From IMG/VR virus record IMGVR_UViG_3300010398_000018, positions 1-39,924 of that record: 39,924 nucleotides of DNA. One strand, given 5' to 3'. This DNA is from a virus (lineage: Duplodnaviria; Caudoviricetes). Under the pieces are notes generated by a model. It made no database searches. It had not been told where the DNA came from and was given only the letters and a program-made list of their open reading frames with translations. How positions within the stretch are numbered: the first letter of the stretch is position 1; each line of letters opens with the position of its first letter. This document shows, piece after piece, positions 26,601 through 35,529 of this stretch. The translations under genes were made by a program, and so were the position numbers.

Positions 26601-28861
26601 CCATCAAGAACAAAACCGAGATTGTTCTGGATGATGAAGCCAAATCACTGCGTGAGTGGCGCGACAGCCTCAAAAAGGATTACGACGAAATGTTCAAACG
26701 CGAATTGACCGATGCAGATCGGATCAAAATTGCGATGAAGCATTTGGAGCGTCAGACCTACGAGTATGATAAACGGATCAAGTCAGGCGACTTCTCCACC
26801 AAGGCTGGGAAGGCATTGCCTGAGACTCCAGAATTGCAAGCAGCCCGGGCGAAGCGGGATGCCATGCGTGACCAGTTCGACCACCTGCGTGATCTGGATG
26901 ATGACTATCAGCGGCAGCAGCAGGCCAAAGAGATTTTGACTCGCCGGGAATCGTTACAGAAGAGCATCGATGAACTGGAACGGAAAATAAGGGAGAAGGA
27001 TGTTGGTCCCAAACCCAAGGAGATGGCTCGCCCGGAGGTGCCGGAACTGGAGGAGATGATCCAGCGTCGAGAGGCACTCAATAAACAGGTGGCTCAGATG
27101 CGCAAGAAACCAGCAGCGCAGAAAGCAGCCGAGGCATTAGACCGACAGATCAAGGCACTCAACAAACGCATTGCTGAAAAGGAAAAGCAGGTTGCCAGCG
27201 GCAAAGCCCCGGAACCCAAACCTCAACAGGTGTCCCGGCCTGCCTCGCCGGAATTGGAAATTGCCAAGCAGCGAATGGAGGAACTGAACAGGCAGTTGAA
27301 CAAACTGCGCCATCCCGAAAGGACCGAGGAAGAGATTGCGCTGGCTGCGATGAAGTCTCGCATGAGCAGCCGCATTGCCGAGTTGACTGACAAACTGGCC
27401 CGGGGTGATTTCTCGCCCAAGGCAAAACGTCCACCACCTACACTGGATCCCGAGGCACGACGATTGCGAACCGAACTGGAAGGATTGAAAGAGGACTGGC
27501 GCGAGGGGCTGGACCGGGAACGCTACAACCAACGTGGGCTTCCTGAAAGAGCCGGGGATTGGTTGGCGAAACTGAAACGGTTTCAGATTCTCTCCAGCGG
27601 TGTGTCGCTCTTCAAGTTGATGGGTGCTGCGGTGGCACGTGTGGCTATCAGCACCCCGGAGGAAGCCATGGGGATCCCGGTCAGTGCCATTGTGCCACGT
27701 GCCGTTATGGAGAAGGCAGCACGGCAGGCAGGCTTCAATACCCGGGCCGAAGTGAAGTCGATTGCCAGCACAGTCAAGCAGGGGATGAAGGATGCCCATC
27801 GCACTCTGATGAAGGGCAAGAGCGAATTGGATTTGATGTATGGCGAGAGGGATGCCACGCCACCGTCGTGGCTGGACTTCTGGGGACGCATCCACGGGAT
27901 GCTCAAGGCTCCCACCAAACGCGCCGAGTTTGAACGCTCCTTTGAAAAGCGATTGCAGCATGCCGCCGACCATGGCGTGGACATCACTGATGAAGATGTG
28001 AAAGCCCGGATTGGATTGGAGGCATACAAGGATGCCAATCGAGCAATTTTCTTGCAGGACAACATGGTCACCAACTGGTGGAAGGCTGGGCTGGGTGCTC
28101 TGGAACGCAGGCAGAAAGCCACAGGCGAACCGCATCCGATTGGGAAGCTGGCTGGCACTCTTGCCCGGATCACACTGCCGATTGTGAAGGTGCCCACCAA
28201 TATCGTGGCAGAGACGCTGGAGTATGCAGTTGGGTCGGTGACGGGGCTGGGCCGACTGGGGTATGCAATGGCCCGAGGCGTGGACCGACTGCCGCCGGAA
28301 GAGGCTGATGCCATCATGCGTTCACTTAAAAAAGGATCACTGGGCATGGCTGCACTGGCACTGGGCTATTACAACCCGGATATTTTCGGTGGCTACTACC
28401 AGAAGGGAGAAAAGCGAAAGAAGGAAGAGGCACAGGTCGGTGGTCTGCGCATCTACGGGCATAACGTCCCGAGTTTTCTCCTGCACAATCCGCTGCTCGA
28501 AACCTTGCAGATTGGTGCCACCATCCGGCGGGTTCAGGATTCCAAATACGCAGCCACCGGAAAACGCAAAGGCTTTGGCGAAGGACTGTATGCCGCAGCC
28601 ATGGGCATCGGTGAACAGATCCCGTTTATTCGTGAGACACCTGTGCTGGCAAAGGCAATGGACCCAAACCAGAAGGGACAATTCTGGGGCGAGATGCTGC
28701 GTTCCATGCTGGTGCCGCAGTTACTCCAACAGGCAGCGCAGTGGCACGACGAGGATGCGTTTGGCAATCCAGTCAAACGCAACCCTCGTGATGTGGTGGA
28801 GGAATTGGAAGTGGGAATCCCGGGGCTGCGTGAACGAGTGAAGAAGAAACAACCGAAGTGA
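23681..28861 (+). CDS. Large internal virion / ejection protein (about 1726 aa)
   Basis: Long coiled-coil helical protein, third of three ejection-type genes; GTG start overlapping the previous TGA. Confidence 0.7.
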   Translation: MSDTIDQLKKDFPAYKDVPDDYLTVALAQKEPDKLEQDPYFKADYERLTKTVSSGEEKAPKMYPVQIPAGQEQTGKRPSGPLRPYAYGAGPFGPREDIGPSILDVGKGLHAAAEPVLEATGGTVVDLYNDFAQRTGLPTFEKDKPLIEPISVEERIGKEEFDKLSTVKKSLIKMHDAAMGFAAGLYTPKNIALGPVAGLEVAGTKPIVGAFAADIVSGLPEQAGELLQSKDVPEAAGALTKLGLGTFIAKKVVGHATEGIAKAGAPATASALEQQTSENAFYENLRRKDQRALYPETDEILQPVRPFPGEGEGQMPVTPDFTEVGPRGEPTGPEKTGPEIITHSAYKDAEGNIHTGANHPEILSRLVNEGVITKEVADSFNERESRNTPQFGFFTDLNRFITRGEAAKVATESGQNLREMKEGDQVHSDEIRSASDPKKTLGESPVEKGPGIIGFGGAIPAEFDVKKESPTSLKNKIVDKERELRGLPAAMQAARKTFGEVWDRAMRKLDENSTLDDDLVNELRLKPRAITDEEDAILLHRQVQLQNEYRRAKEALAQAHDDGRVEAAEAENLRVSWLSDKLLELYNVGKAVGTETARGLNARKMLANEDFTLESMEMDARAARGGAPLSEEERNQIKELSEEINKKQTAYDEYVKQMDQKMADLQHQLEHERMLKEAAEKAKPAFAPEIMKAAERLVAGLDKRADAARQRLRERMGRTTAGVDPTILFDLAEVGASHLAHAALDFTQWSAKMVDEFGDWVKPHLDEAFKASKEAINSLKAPAKVRAAMQPKPPAPTIDQLKASTADHMKGMKESGNMDAIIGDIQKLAKQVIASGITDRDAVLDAVHAIVQEAVPEMSRRDTQDAIANYGRMRLLPQDQVSKTFRDLKGQYLELSKLDDMAKGIAPKQTGTSRDVPSAEKRRLQKQVNEAKKKGGYHVTDPATQLRTTMQTIKTRLWNQIVDLDHQIKTRTKTIKNKTEIVLDDEAKSLREWRDSLKKDYDEMFKRELTDADRIKIAMKHLERQTYEYDKRIKSGDFSTKAGKALPETPELQAARAKRDAMRDQFDHLRDLDDDYQRQQQAKEILTRRESLQKSIDELERKIREKDVGPKPKEMARPEVPELEEMIQRREALNKQVAQMRKKPAAQKAAEALDRQIKALNKRIAEKEKQVASGKAPEPKPQQVSRPASPELEIAKQRMEELNRQLNKLRHPERTEEEIALAAMKSRMSSRIAELTDKLARGDFSPKAKRPPPTLDPEARRLRTELEGLKEDWREGLDRERYNQRGLPERAGDWLAKLKRFQILSSGVSLFKLMGAAVARVAISTPEEAMGIPVSAIVPRAVMEKAARQAGFNTRAEVKSIASTVKQGMKDAHRTLMKGKSELDLMYGERDATPPSWLDFWGRIHGMLKAPTKRAEFERSFEKRLQHAADHGVDITDEDVKARIGLEAYKDANRAIFLQDNMVTNWWKAGLGALERRQKATGEPHPIGKLAGTLARITLPIVKVPTNIVAETLEYAVGSVTGLGRLGYAMARGVDRLPPEEADAIMRSLKKGSLGMAALALGYYNPDIFGGYYQKGEKRKKEEAQVGGLRIYGHNVPSFLLHNPLLETLQIGATIRRVQDSKYAATGKRKGFGEGLYAAAMGIGEQIPFIRETPVLAKAMDPNQKGQFWGEMLRSMLVPQLLQQAAQWHDEDAFGNPVKRNPRDVVEELEVGIPGLRERVKKKQPK

Positions 28862-29475
28862 AGCCAAGACTCAAATCCAGAATTCTGACTCCACATGGGG
28901 GTGGGTTCTTCATCGAAGACCCGCTGACCAAACGCGAATTGTATGGGTCGCATTTCGAGATGCTCTACAACAAAGCAGTCGCTTACCGACGAGCAAACTC
29001 GATTCCCATTGGCTTGGATTTTGAAGATGAAATCGAGAGCCAGGTATGTGCCCGATATCCGACTGAATGCGAGGTGAGCAAACGAGCACTGGGAGTTTCC
29101 TTGGTGGCACCCGGGCTTTACGACGTTGTGCGTGGATCACTGGTGATGATGAATCACAAAGCGCATGACAGCATGCTGGTGCCGCAGGAGGAAGCTAACC
29201 GTCGCGCCGAGATTTGTTACAAGTGTCCACTCCGGGCGCAGATGACTTTGCCGTGTGCTCGATGCCTGACTGCGCTGGAGAATGTGGTGCAGGTGATCAC
29301 TGGCGCACATGGGACTCCTTTCGATGAGAAGCTTTCCTGCTGTTCGATCTGCAAGTGTTACATCTCAGCCAGCGTGTGGTTGCCATTGGAGACGCAGTGC
29401 GTTGGGGTCAGCGATGACATGCGCGAGAGGTTTGGTTTTGCCAAAGAGAATTTTAACTGTTGGAAAAATTGCTGA
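28858..29475 (+). CDS. Cys-rich hypothetical protein
   Basis: RAEICYKCP..CARC..CSICKC..CWK. Confidence 0.7.
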   Translation: MKPRLKSRILTPHGGGFFIEDPLTKRELYGSHFEMLYNKAVAYRRANSIPIGLDFEDEIESQVCARYPTECEVSKRALGVSLVAPGLYDVVRGSLVMMNHKAHDSMLVPQEEANRRAEICYKCPLRAQMTLPCARCLTALENVVQVITGAHGTPFDEKLSCCSICKCYISASVWLPLETQCVGVSDDMRERFGFAKENFNCWKNC

Positions 29476-29481
29476 TGTTTT

Positions 29482-31710
29482 ATGGGTGCTGGAAGTTACG
29501 AATCTGATTATCTCCAAACACTGAATCCCGACCTGAGTGTTCCACACACTCGTATGCGCAATGCGCAGGCAGTGCAGGATTTCTTCCGTCGTTGTATCGA
29601 TGATGATCAACTACGTTCGCGCAAGCGAGCATTGGTGAATGGTCTGGTAGATGGCAACCCTCCATATCGCAGACAGGATTTGCTTAAAGCAAATCGAGCC
29701 GATGCCTGCAATGTGAACTGGAACATTGCTCGTGCTTATCTCGAATCAGCGACGGGAGCCTTTTACGATCTATACACCGAGGCACCCGGGTTCTTTTCAA
29801 TCCGAACTGCTTTCGGCAAAACCGATCAGGAACGCGAGCAGTCGTCTCGCATCATGAGTGAGGAGGCTGACCGGATCATCTCCTGTGACGAGGTGTGGGA
29901 TTACCAGATGCAGCAGTCGATTTGGAACATGGTGCTACATGGCTGTGGTCCGATGCTGTTCGAGGATGCGTTCAAAATTCTGCCCCGGGCGTTTGCCTGC
30001 GGCGATTTGAAGGTGCCCGAGTTTACCTACTCCGACACGCACTACTGGGAAGTCTGCGGAGTGCAGGTGGTCTATTACCCGCCGGAACTTTACGAATATA
30101 TCGAAGACGAGGAAGCAGCGGAGCAGATGGGCTGGGATGTCGAGTATACCAAAGAGGTGATCAAAAACGCCATGGACATCCGGCAGACCGCAGGCATCCA
30201 GTACGAGTGGGAGATGTATCAGGCTGAACTGAAAAACAACACGCTGGCTTACTATGATAACAGCAAGATTTGTCGCCTTGTTCATGTGCTCTGGAAGGAG
30301 TTTGATGGAAGAATCACCCAAGCAATTGTGGAGCGTGATAGCGTATCTGGCACCCAGATCGGCTTCCTGTTCCGTTCAATTGGTCGGTATGGGAATTTCC
30401 GAGAGGTCATTCACCCGATGTATTTCGACCGTGGGAACGGTGGTTACCATCATAGTGTCACCGGTTTGGGAGTGAAAATGTTCTCAGCGATGGAGTGGCA
30501 GAACCGTGCCATTTGCAACGCTGCTGACAAAGCCTTTGCTCCGAAAACTCTGTTCCGGCCCACGACCACGGAAGGTTCCCAGCGGTTCCAACTGGCCCAC
30601 CATGGCGACTATGCCCTGCTGCCGCCGGGATACGATGCCGTGCAGAATCCGATCACCGGGATGATGACCGAAATCCTTGCCTTCAATCAGGAGATTACTG
30701 ACATCATGCAGAGCAACCTCTCCAGCTATCGGCAGCAGATTCCGATGCAGGAGAGTGGCAACCCGCCGACCAAATTCCAGAAGCAGTTGGAAGCCTCGCA
30801 GCAGTCGTCACTGAGCAAGACCAGTTACAACCGTTACTACAAGCAACTGGATTTGCTCTATACCGAGATTGCTCGCCGGATGTGCAACCTGAATAGCTGT
30901 GATGATCGAGCCATGGAGTATCAGCGTCGGTGCATCAAGCGTGGTGTGCCCCGGGAATCCTTTGGGCGCATCGACAAAGTCGAAGCAGTGCGTGTGGTTG
31001 GGCAAGGTTCGACCTTCATGCGCAAGATGGCAGTGGACGGCATTACGCCAATTGTGGGGAGCCTGCCTGAAGATGGTCGCCAGAACTGGCTCAACGACAA
31101 GATTGCCGCCGAGGCTGGACAGCATGCGGTGAGTCGCTATAACCCGCCGCAGCAGCAGAACAAACTGGCAACCGACCAGCAGGCCGAGGCACTGCAGTGG
31201 GTGGCTGCAATGAAGGTGGGTGTGCCACCCGTTGTCACCTCGTCGCAAAATGCCGTCACCTATGCCAGCACATTCCTCGCTGCCGGGATTCAGGCGATGC
31301 AATCACTGCAGCAGGGAGCCGACCCGTTGGAGGTTTTGAAATTCCTTGCCATCTGTGGTCCTGCGGTTCACGCGCATTTGGAACGGTTCAAGGATGACCC
31401 GACCCGGGCGACTGCTTACCAGATGATGGTGCAGCAGTGGCAGCAACTGGCGAAATTGACCGACCAGTTGAAGCAGCAGGCCAATCAGCAAAACGATCAG
31501 CGCATGCGCCAGCAGAATCGGCAGCAGCAGGTGATGACCGACGAGCAGATCAAGAACATGCAGGCTGCGTCAGACATGCGCCGGAAGGATCTGAAGACGC
31601 AGCACGGAATCAGGCTGTCAGAAGCCAAGGGTCGTCAGCGCATGGCACTGGATGATGCGAGCACAGCCTCTGAAATTCAACGCAACCGATTAAAGGCATT
31701 CAGTGAATAA
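29482..31710 (+). CDS. Portal protein
   Basis: 742 aa; NVNWNIA...NMVLHGCG portal-like N-terminal half and a Gln-rich C-terminal barrel coiled coil; lies upstream of scaffold and capsid. Confidence 0.75.
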   Translation: MGAGSYESDYLQTLNPDLSVPHTRMRNAQAVQDFFRRCIDDDQLRSRKRALVNGLVDGNPPYRRQDLLKANRADACNVNWNIARAYLESATGAFYDLYTEAPGFFSIRTAFGKTDQEREQSSRIMSEEADRIISCDEVWDYQMQQSIWNMVLHGCGPMLFEDAFKILPRAFACGDLKVPEFTYSDTHYWEVCGVQVVYYPPELYEYIEDEEAAEQMGWDVEYTKEVIKNAMDIRQTAGIQYEWEMYQAELKNNTLAYYDNSKICRLVHVLWKEFDGRITQAIVERDSVSGTQIGFLFRSIGRYGNFREVIHPMYFDRGNGGYHHSVTGLGVKMFSAMEWQNRAICNAADKAFAPKTLFRPTTTEGSQRFQLAHHGDYALLPPGYDAVQNPITGMMTEILAFNQEITDIMQSNLSSYRQQIPMQESGNPPTKFQKQLEASQQSSLSKTSYNRYYKQLDLLYTEIARRMCNLNSCDDRAMEYQRRCIKRGVPRESFGRIDKVEAVRVVGQGSTFMRKMAVDGITPIVGSLPEDGRQNWLNDKIAAEAGQHAVSRYNPPQQQNKLATDQQAEALQWVAAMKVGVPPVVTSSQNAVTYASTFLAAGIQAMQSLQQGADPLEVLKFLAICGPAVHAHLERFKDDPTRATAYQMMVQQWQQLAKLTDQLKQQANQQNDQRMRQQNRQQQVMTDEQIKNMQAASDMRRKDLKTQHGIRLSEAKGRQRMALDDASTASEIQRNRLKAFSE

Positions 31711-31760
31711 CCCCGAAGGCTGGACCGAGGATCCTGTTCCTGAAGAGGAGGAGGATGACG

Positions 31761-31910
31761 ATGACTGATTTGGGCACAGAAACTAATCCCAACTCTGCAC
31801 CCTCAGACCCGACGACTTCTGCCAACGAGTCGCTTGAAGAAATCGGGAATGGGTCTGTGCCCTGTCAACCGATGGACCTGTTGCGCATGCGCGAGGAGGA
31901 TTTGGAGTGA
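31761..31910 (+). CDS. Acidic 49-aa peptide (not in ORF track)
   Basis: GAGGAGGAGG SD; MTDLGTETNPNSAPSDPTTSANESLEEIGNGSVPCQPMDLLRMREEDLE*; its TGA overlaps the GTG start of the ATP-grasp gene. Confidence 0.5.
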   Translation: MTDLGTETNPNSAPSDPTTSANESLEEIGNGSVPCQPMDLLRMREEDLE

Positions 31911-33208
31911 AGAGCACAAACGAAGTGACTTTCTGCGTGGTGGACCGGGGCACGTTCTTTCCGGTGGCTGACCGACTGGCGCGAAACAACAAGGTCTATT
32001 ATTACTCGCCCAGTGGGGATGGATTTGAAACGGTGGCAAAGGATGCGTTGGGGCATGGATATCCCGGGGTGGAAACCATTCGTGATTTCTGGCCGATCAA
32101 AAGTCAGATCGATTGCTTTGTATTCCCTGATTGCCGGGACTGGGGACTGCAGCAGGAACTGGTGTCACAGGGTTTTCCGGTCTGGGGCAGCAGGCGAGGC
32201 GAGGAACTGGAGGGGCTGCGTGGCGTGTGGCTTGATGTGGCAAAGGAGATTGGCCTGCCGATGCCGCATACCGAAGTGATCGTTGGGCTGGAAGGGGCAC
32301 GGCAATACCTCTCTGACTTTCGGGAGAAAAAGAAGCACATCAAAATCAGTCGCTACCGTGGCGACATGGAAACGTGGTGTGCTGACGATTGGACCCGGAC
32401 CCGGACCAAACTCGATGCGCTGGCGCACAAGTGGGGACCGCAGCAGGACAAACTCATTTTCTACATTCAGCAGGATTTGGACACTGACATTGAAGGTGGT
32501 GGCGACAGTTACAACATCGATGGTGATTTTCCTGACGAGGTTTTGTTGGGCTACGAGGCGAAGAGCAAAGCCTATTTCGGTGCTGTGATGGCTCGCACCG
32601 AGGTGCCACCGGAGATCTGGAAACCCAGTGAACTGGTGGCACCAATTCTGGCAGCGCACGGTTATCGTAATTTCTTCACCACCGAAGTGCGTGTGGTGAA
32701 TGGGAAAAGTTATCTGCTGGATCCCTGCTGTCGGTGCCCCAGTCCAGCCGGGGAATCCCAATTGGAGATGTATAGCAACTATGCCGACATCATCTACTAC
32801 GGTGCCCGTGGCGTGTTGATTCAGCCGGAATGGACAGCAAAATATTGTGGGCAGGTGGCGATGGACTGGACTGGCGACAAGGACTCGGCTGCGTCCATTC
32901 GGGTGCCGGAAAAGGTAAGCCAGTGGGTGAAGCTTCCGGCCTGTTGCTATAGTGACGGTGCCTATCATTTCCCGCCGACCCCGGACATGGACATGGGCTG
33001 GGTGGTCGGCATCGGAGACACTCCCACCGAGGTGCTGAACCACATTCTGGAAGTGAATAGCGAATTAAAGGACCAGCCACTGCACCTGCATCTGGAACGA
33101 CTGGTGGATTTGATCGGTGAAATCAATGAAGCCCGGGAGCAGGGGATGGAGTTTGGGCAAGGGCACCAGATGCCGCAGCCCGCAGCAGTGCTTGACACGG
33201 ATTCCTGA
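31907..33208 (+). CDS. ATP-grasp ligase (PurD/GARS-like)
   Basis: G.PVWG...EELE..R, IGLPMP, HIK, YIQQ, IEGG, GYRNFFTTEVRV..YLLDPCCRCPSP (PurD-like C-terminal ATP-grasp motif). Confidence 0.75.
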   Translation: MKSTNEVTFCVVDRGTFFPVADRLARNNKVYYYSPSGDGFETVAKDALGHGYPGVETIRDFWPIKSQIDCFVFPDCRDWGLQQELVSQGFPVWGSRRGEELEGLRGVWLDVAKEIGLPMPHTEVIVGLEGARQYLSDFREKKKHIKISRYRGDMETWCADDWTRTRTKLDALAHKWGPQQDKLIFYIQQDLDTDIEGGGDSYNIDGDFPDEVLLGYEAKSKAYFGAVMARTEVPPEIWKPSELVAPILAAHGYRNFFTTEVRVVNGKSYLLDPCCRCPSPAGESQLEMYSNYADIIYYGARGVLIQPEWTAKYCGQVAMDWTGDKDSAASIRVPEKVSQWVKLPACCYSDGAYHFPPTPDMDMGWVVGIGDTPTEVLNHILEVNSELKDQPLHLHLERLVDLIGEINEAREQGMEFGQGHQMPQPAAVLDTDS

Positions 33209-33209
33209 G

Positions 33210-33224
33210 TATGATGTTATCATA
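33210..33224. promoter_or_regulatory. Operator copy 4
   Basis: TATGATGTTATCATA. Confidence 0.65.
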
Positions 33225-33226
33225 CC

Positions 33227-33424
33227 ATGCTGCGAACCACAGACTTTACGTATCCCAATCCACCGAATGATATTCCTCTCGGTCCATTTGCTTTGCCTTG
33301 GCCGAGAAAACCTCTGTCCGGCAAACCGAAGGGACCATCACGCCAGCCACATACTAAGCCCAGCAAATCCGGGCTGGATAAATTTCTGAAGAAACGGGTA
33401 ACCCACCCCGACCCCTTCTTTTAA
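33227..33424 (+). CDS. Small Pro/Lys-rich protein
   Basis: 65-aa ORF filling the gap between the ATP-grasp and glycosyltransferase genes. Confidence 0.45.
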   Translation: MLRTTDFTYPNPPNDIPLGPFALPWPRKPLSGKPKGPSRQPHTKPSKSGLDKFLKKRVTHPDPFF

Positions 33425-33434
33425 GAGTGTAACA

Positions 33435-34346
33435 ATGCAGGTTACGCTTTGTTACCTGACCAGTCGTCAGGACTGCAAGATGCAGTGGTGGTGGGATTCT
33501 CTCCTGTTGCAGCTACAACCCGACGATGAAATTCATGTGGTCATGGTGGACTTCTGGGCCAAAGAACGACCCTATTGTGCCGATGGTTCCCCTCCTCAAA
33601 TCAAATCCTTCCAACAGGTCCAGCCAAAGCCCAATGTTTGGCAGGGTGATCATCGGCTTACGAAAGAAAATTGGTTCGCTGCTGCGAATGCTCGCAACAC
33701 TGCTCTGTGCCTTTGTCCTAGTGACTGGATTGCTTACAGTGATGACCTTAGCGTTCTTGCTCCTACTTGGCTTGAAGCTGTTCGCAGATCCATTCGAGGC
33801 AATTACATCGCACTGGGTGCCTACAAAAAGGTGCGCAACCTCGTCGTTGAAAAAGGCCGAGTAGTTTCCTGTGAGGAATTTGCCGGTGGGCTGGATTCAC
33901 GCCTGCGCCACGTAGGGGAGGTTGTCTCCTGCGGTGGCGACTGGATGTATGGGTGTTCGGTGGCTGGGCCGACAGAAGCCTTCCTCTCGGTCAACGGTTG
34001 GCCCGAGGCGAACGACGGACTCTCCTTTGAAGATGTGTGCATGGGCATCTGCATCGGCAACACCAACAAGTTTTCGTTCAGGTATGATAAAACGATGCTG
34101 ACTCTGGAGAGTGAGGAGGACCACTACAAAGAGAAGCCGATGATTCGATCCGATTTCGGCATCAGCCCGAAGGACAAGTCTCATGCCGCATTGAATATCG
34201 CCAAGCAGTCCGTCTGGTTCCCGAACTACTTTGGCGAGGAGGGCATCCGTGGGTTACGCCAACGGGTGCTTCACGGTGAACCATTCCCGATTTGTCAGAT
34301 CCCTGACCGGGAGTGGTTCACCAAAAAACTTCTGAGCGAATTATGA
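33435..34346 (+). CDS. Glycosyltransferase, GT-A fold (GT2-like)
   Basis: VVMVD, AANARNTAL, WIAYSDD, VNGWPE, SFED motifs. Confidence 0.85.
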   Translation: MQVTLCYLTSRQDCKMQWWWDSLLLQLQPDDEIHVVMVDFWAKERPYCADGSPPQIKSFQQVQPKPNVWQGDHRLTKENWFAAANARNTALCLCPSDWIAYSDDLSVLAPTWLEAVRRSIRGNYIALGAYKKVRNLVVEKGRVVSCEEFAGGLDSRLRHVGEVVSCGGDWMYGCSVAGPTEAFLSVNGWPEANDGLSFEDVCMGICIGNTNKFSFRYDKTMLTLESEEDHYKEKPMIRSDFGISPKDKSHAALNIAKQSVWFPNYFGEEGIRGLRQRVLHGEPFPICQIPDREWFTKKLLSEL

Positions 34347-34903
34347 TTCCACTTTGGGTATCTGAAGGCTCAGTAAAACCGTTTGGTTTTCCCATGAGCC
34401 AGAATCGCCTGTCGCCAACGATCTGGTCGTATGCGATGGAGGTCTATCCACCGACGCGCGTCCTTGATTTGGGTTGCTATAACGGTGGCTTCACAATTCT
34501 GCTGGGACTGCATGCGTGGCACCTCGGTGCCACGGTGTTTGGTTTTGATCGGATGGCAGCACCCAGTGAGGACTGGGCCAATCTGGCGAAGGTTCTTGGT
34601 GTCGAATTTGTTCAAGGCGATATCCTGCAGGGACTCTCCGAAACCATTATCCGTCTGATCGAGAAACCCGGGATCACCTACGTGCTTTGCGACAACGGCA
34701 AAAAGAGTTTGGAGTTTTCCATATTCGCGCAGCACCTGAAGCCCGGGGATATCATCGGTGCTCACGACTACTTCAATGCCGTCTACTGGCCTTGGACGGA
34801 AATCACACAGGAGGCAGTGGCTGAACCTGTCGCCAGATACGGACTGGAACCTTGGATGCAAGAGCACTTCGATTTAGCCGGATGGTTGGTTTACAAAAAA
34901 TGA
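34343..34903 (+). CDS. Class I SAM methyltransferase (CmcI/O-methyltransferase-like)
   Basis: VLDLGCYNGGFT, LCDNGKK, LKPGDIIGAHD. Confidence 0.85.
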   Translation: MIPLWVSEGSVKPFGFPMSQNRLSPTIWSYAMEVYPPTRVLDLGCYNGGFTILLGLHAWHLGATVFGFDRMAAPSEDWANLAKVLGVEFVQGDILQGLSETIIRLIEKPGITYVLCDNGKKSLEFSIFAQHLKPGDIIGAHDYFNAVYWPWTEITQEAVAEPVARYGLEPWMQEHFDLAGWLVYKK

Positions 34904-35529
34904 TCACCGAAAAACTCAAACACGAAATCAAGGACATGCTCTCGCTGGACCGCAGGCCAATCATCGAGGGCTGGACGACACAGGAAAAGGCCGAGGTGCT
35001 GGCTGGACTCATTCTCGATCACAAACCGCAGGTGCTGGTCGAGGTCGGTGTGTTCGGTGGACGCAGTGTGTTCGCCATGGCGTTTGCTTTGCGCGAAAAC
35101 GGAATGGGCACTGTAACCGGGATTGACCCGTGGAGTCTGGATGCCGTGCTGGAAGGCGAAATCGGGGACGAGAATCGTAAGTGGTGGACGGAAAATGTGA
35201 ACCTGCAAACGATCTACGAAGGGTTCGTCCGGGGGGTGCTCGAATTCCAACTGCTCAAACAGATTCGCTGGGTGCGCGAGAAGGGAGTAGTCGCCTGCAA
35301 AATGTTTCCAGACAAGTCAATTGACCTGTTGCATCTGGATGCCAACCACAGTGAGGAGGCTTCCTGCGGCGAGGTCGATCACTGGCACAAGAAGGTGAAG
35401 CCCGGAGGCTTTTTGGTGGCTGACGATGTGGATTGGACCACGGTTGCCAAGTCGCTAAAAAAGATTCGGGACTTGGGCTACAAACCAGTCACCGAAACAA
35501 AACAGTTTGCCGTGTTCCAGAAACCGTGA
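34900..35529 (+). CDS. Class I SAM methyltransferase (Methyltransf_24-like)
   Basis: VEVGVFGGRS, GIDPW, IDLLHLDANH, VKPGGFLVADD. Confidence 0.9.
   Translation: MITEKLKHEIKDMLSLDRRPIIEGWTTQEKAEVLAGLILDHKPQVLVEVGVFGGRSVFAMAFALRENGMGTVTGIDPWSLDAVLEGEIGDENRKWWTENVNLQTIYEGFVRGVLEFQLLKQIRWVREKGVVACKMFPDKSIDLLHLDANHSEEASCGEVDHWHKKVKPGGFLVADDVDWTTVAKSLKKIRDLGYKPVTETKQFAVFQKP

Noticed and set aside
23681-28861. Tape-measure protein of a long-tailed phage
   Set aside because: No tail tube, sheath or chaperone genes nearby; the neighbours fit podovirus adaptor, nozzle and ejection proteins.
31907-33208. Bona fide purD auxiliary metabolic gene
   Set aside because: Resemblance is at fold level only; PurD hallmarks such as GSGGREH and DTGPNTGGMG are absent, so no gene symbol was assigned.
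33192-33224. Sigma70 promoter at TTGACA 33192
   Set aside because: No acceptable -10 hexamer at 16-18 bp spacing; only the operator is reported.
34343-35529. DNA methyltransferases of a restriction-modification system
   Set aside because: No DPPY/NPPY or PC catalytic motifs; the signatures match small-molecule or sugar O-methyltransferases.
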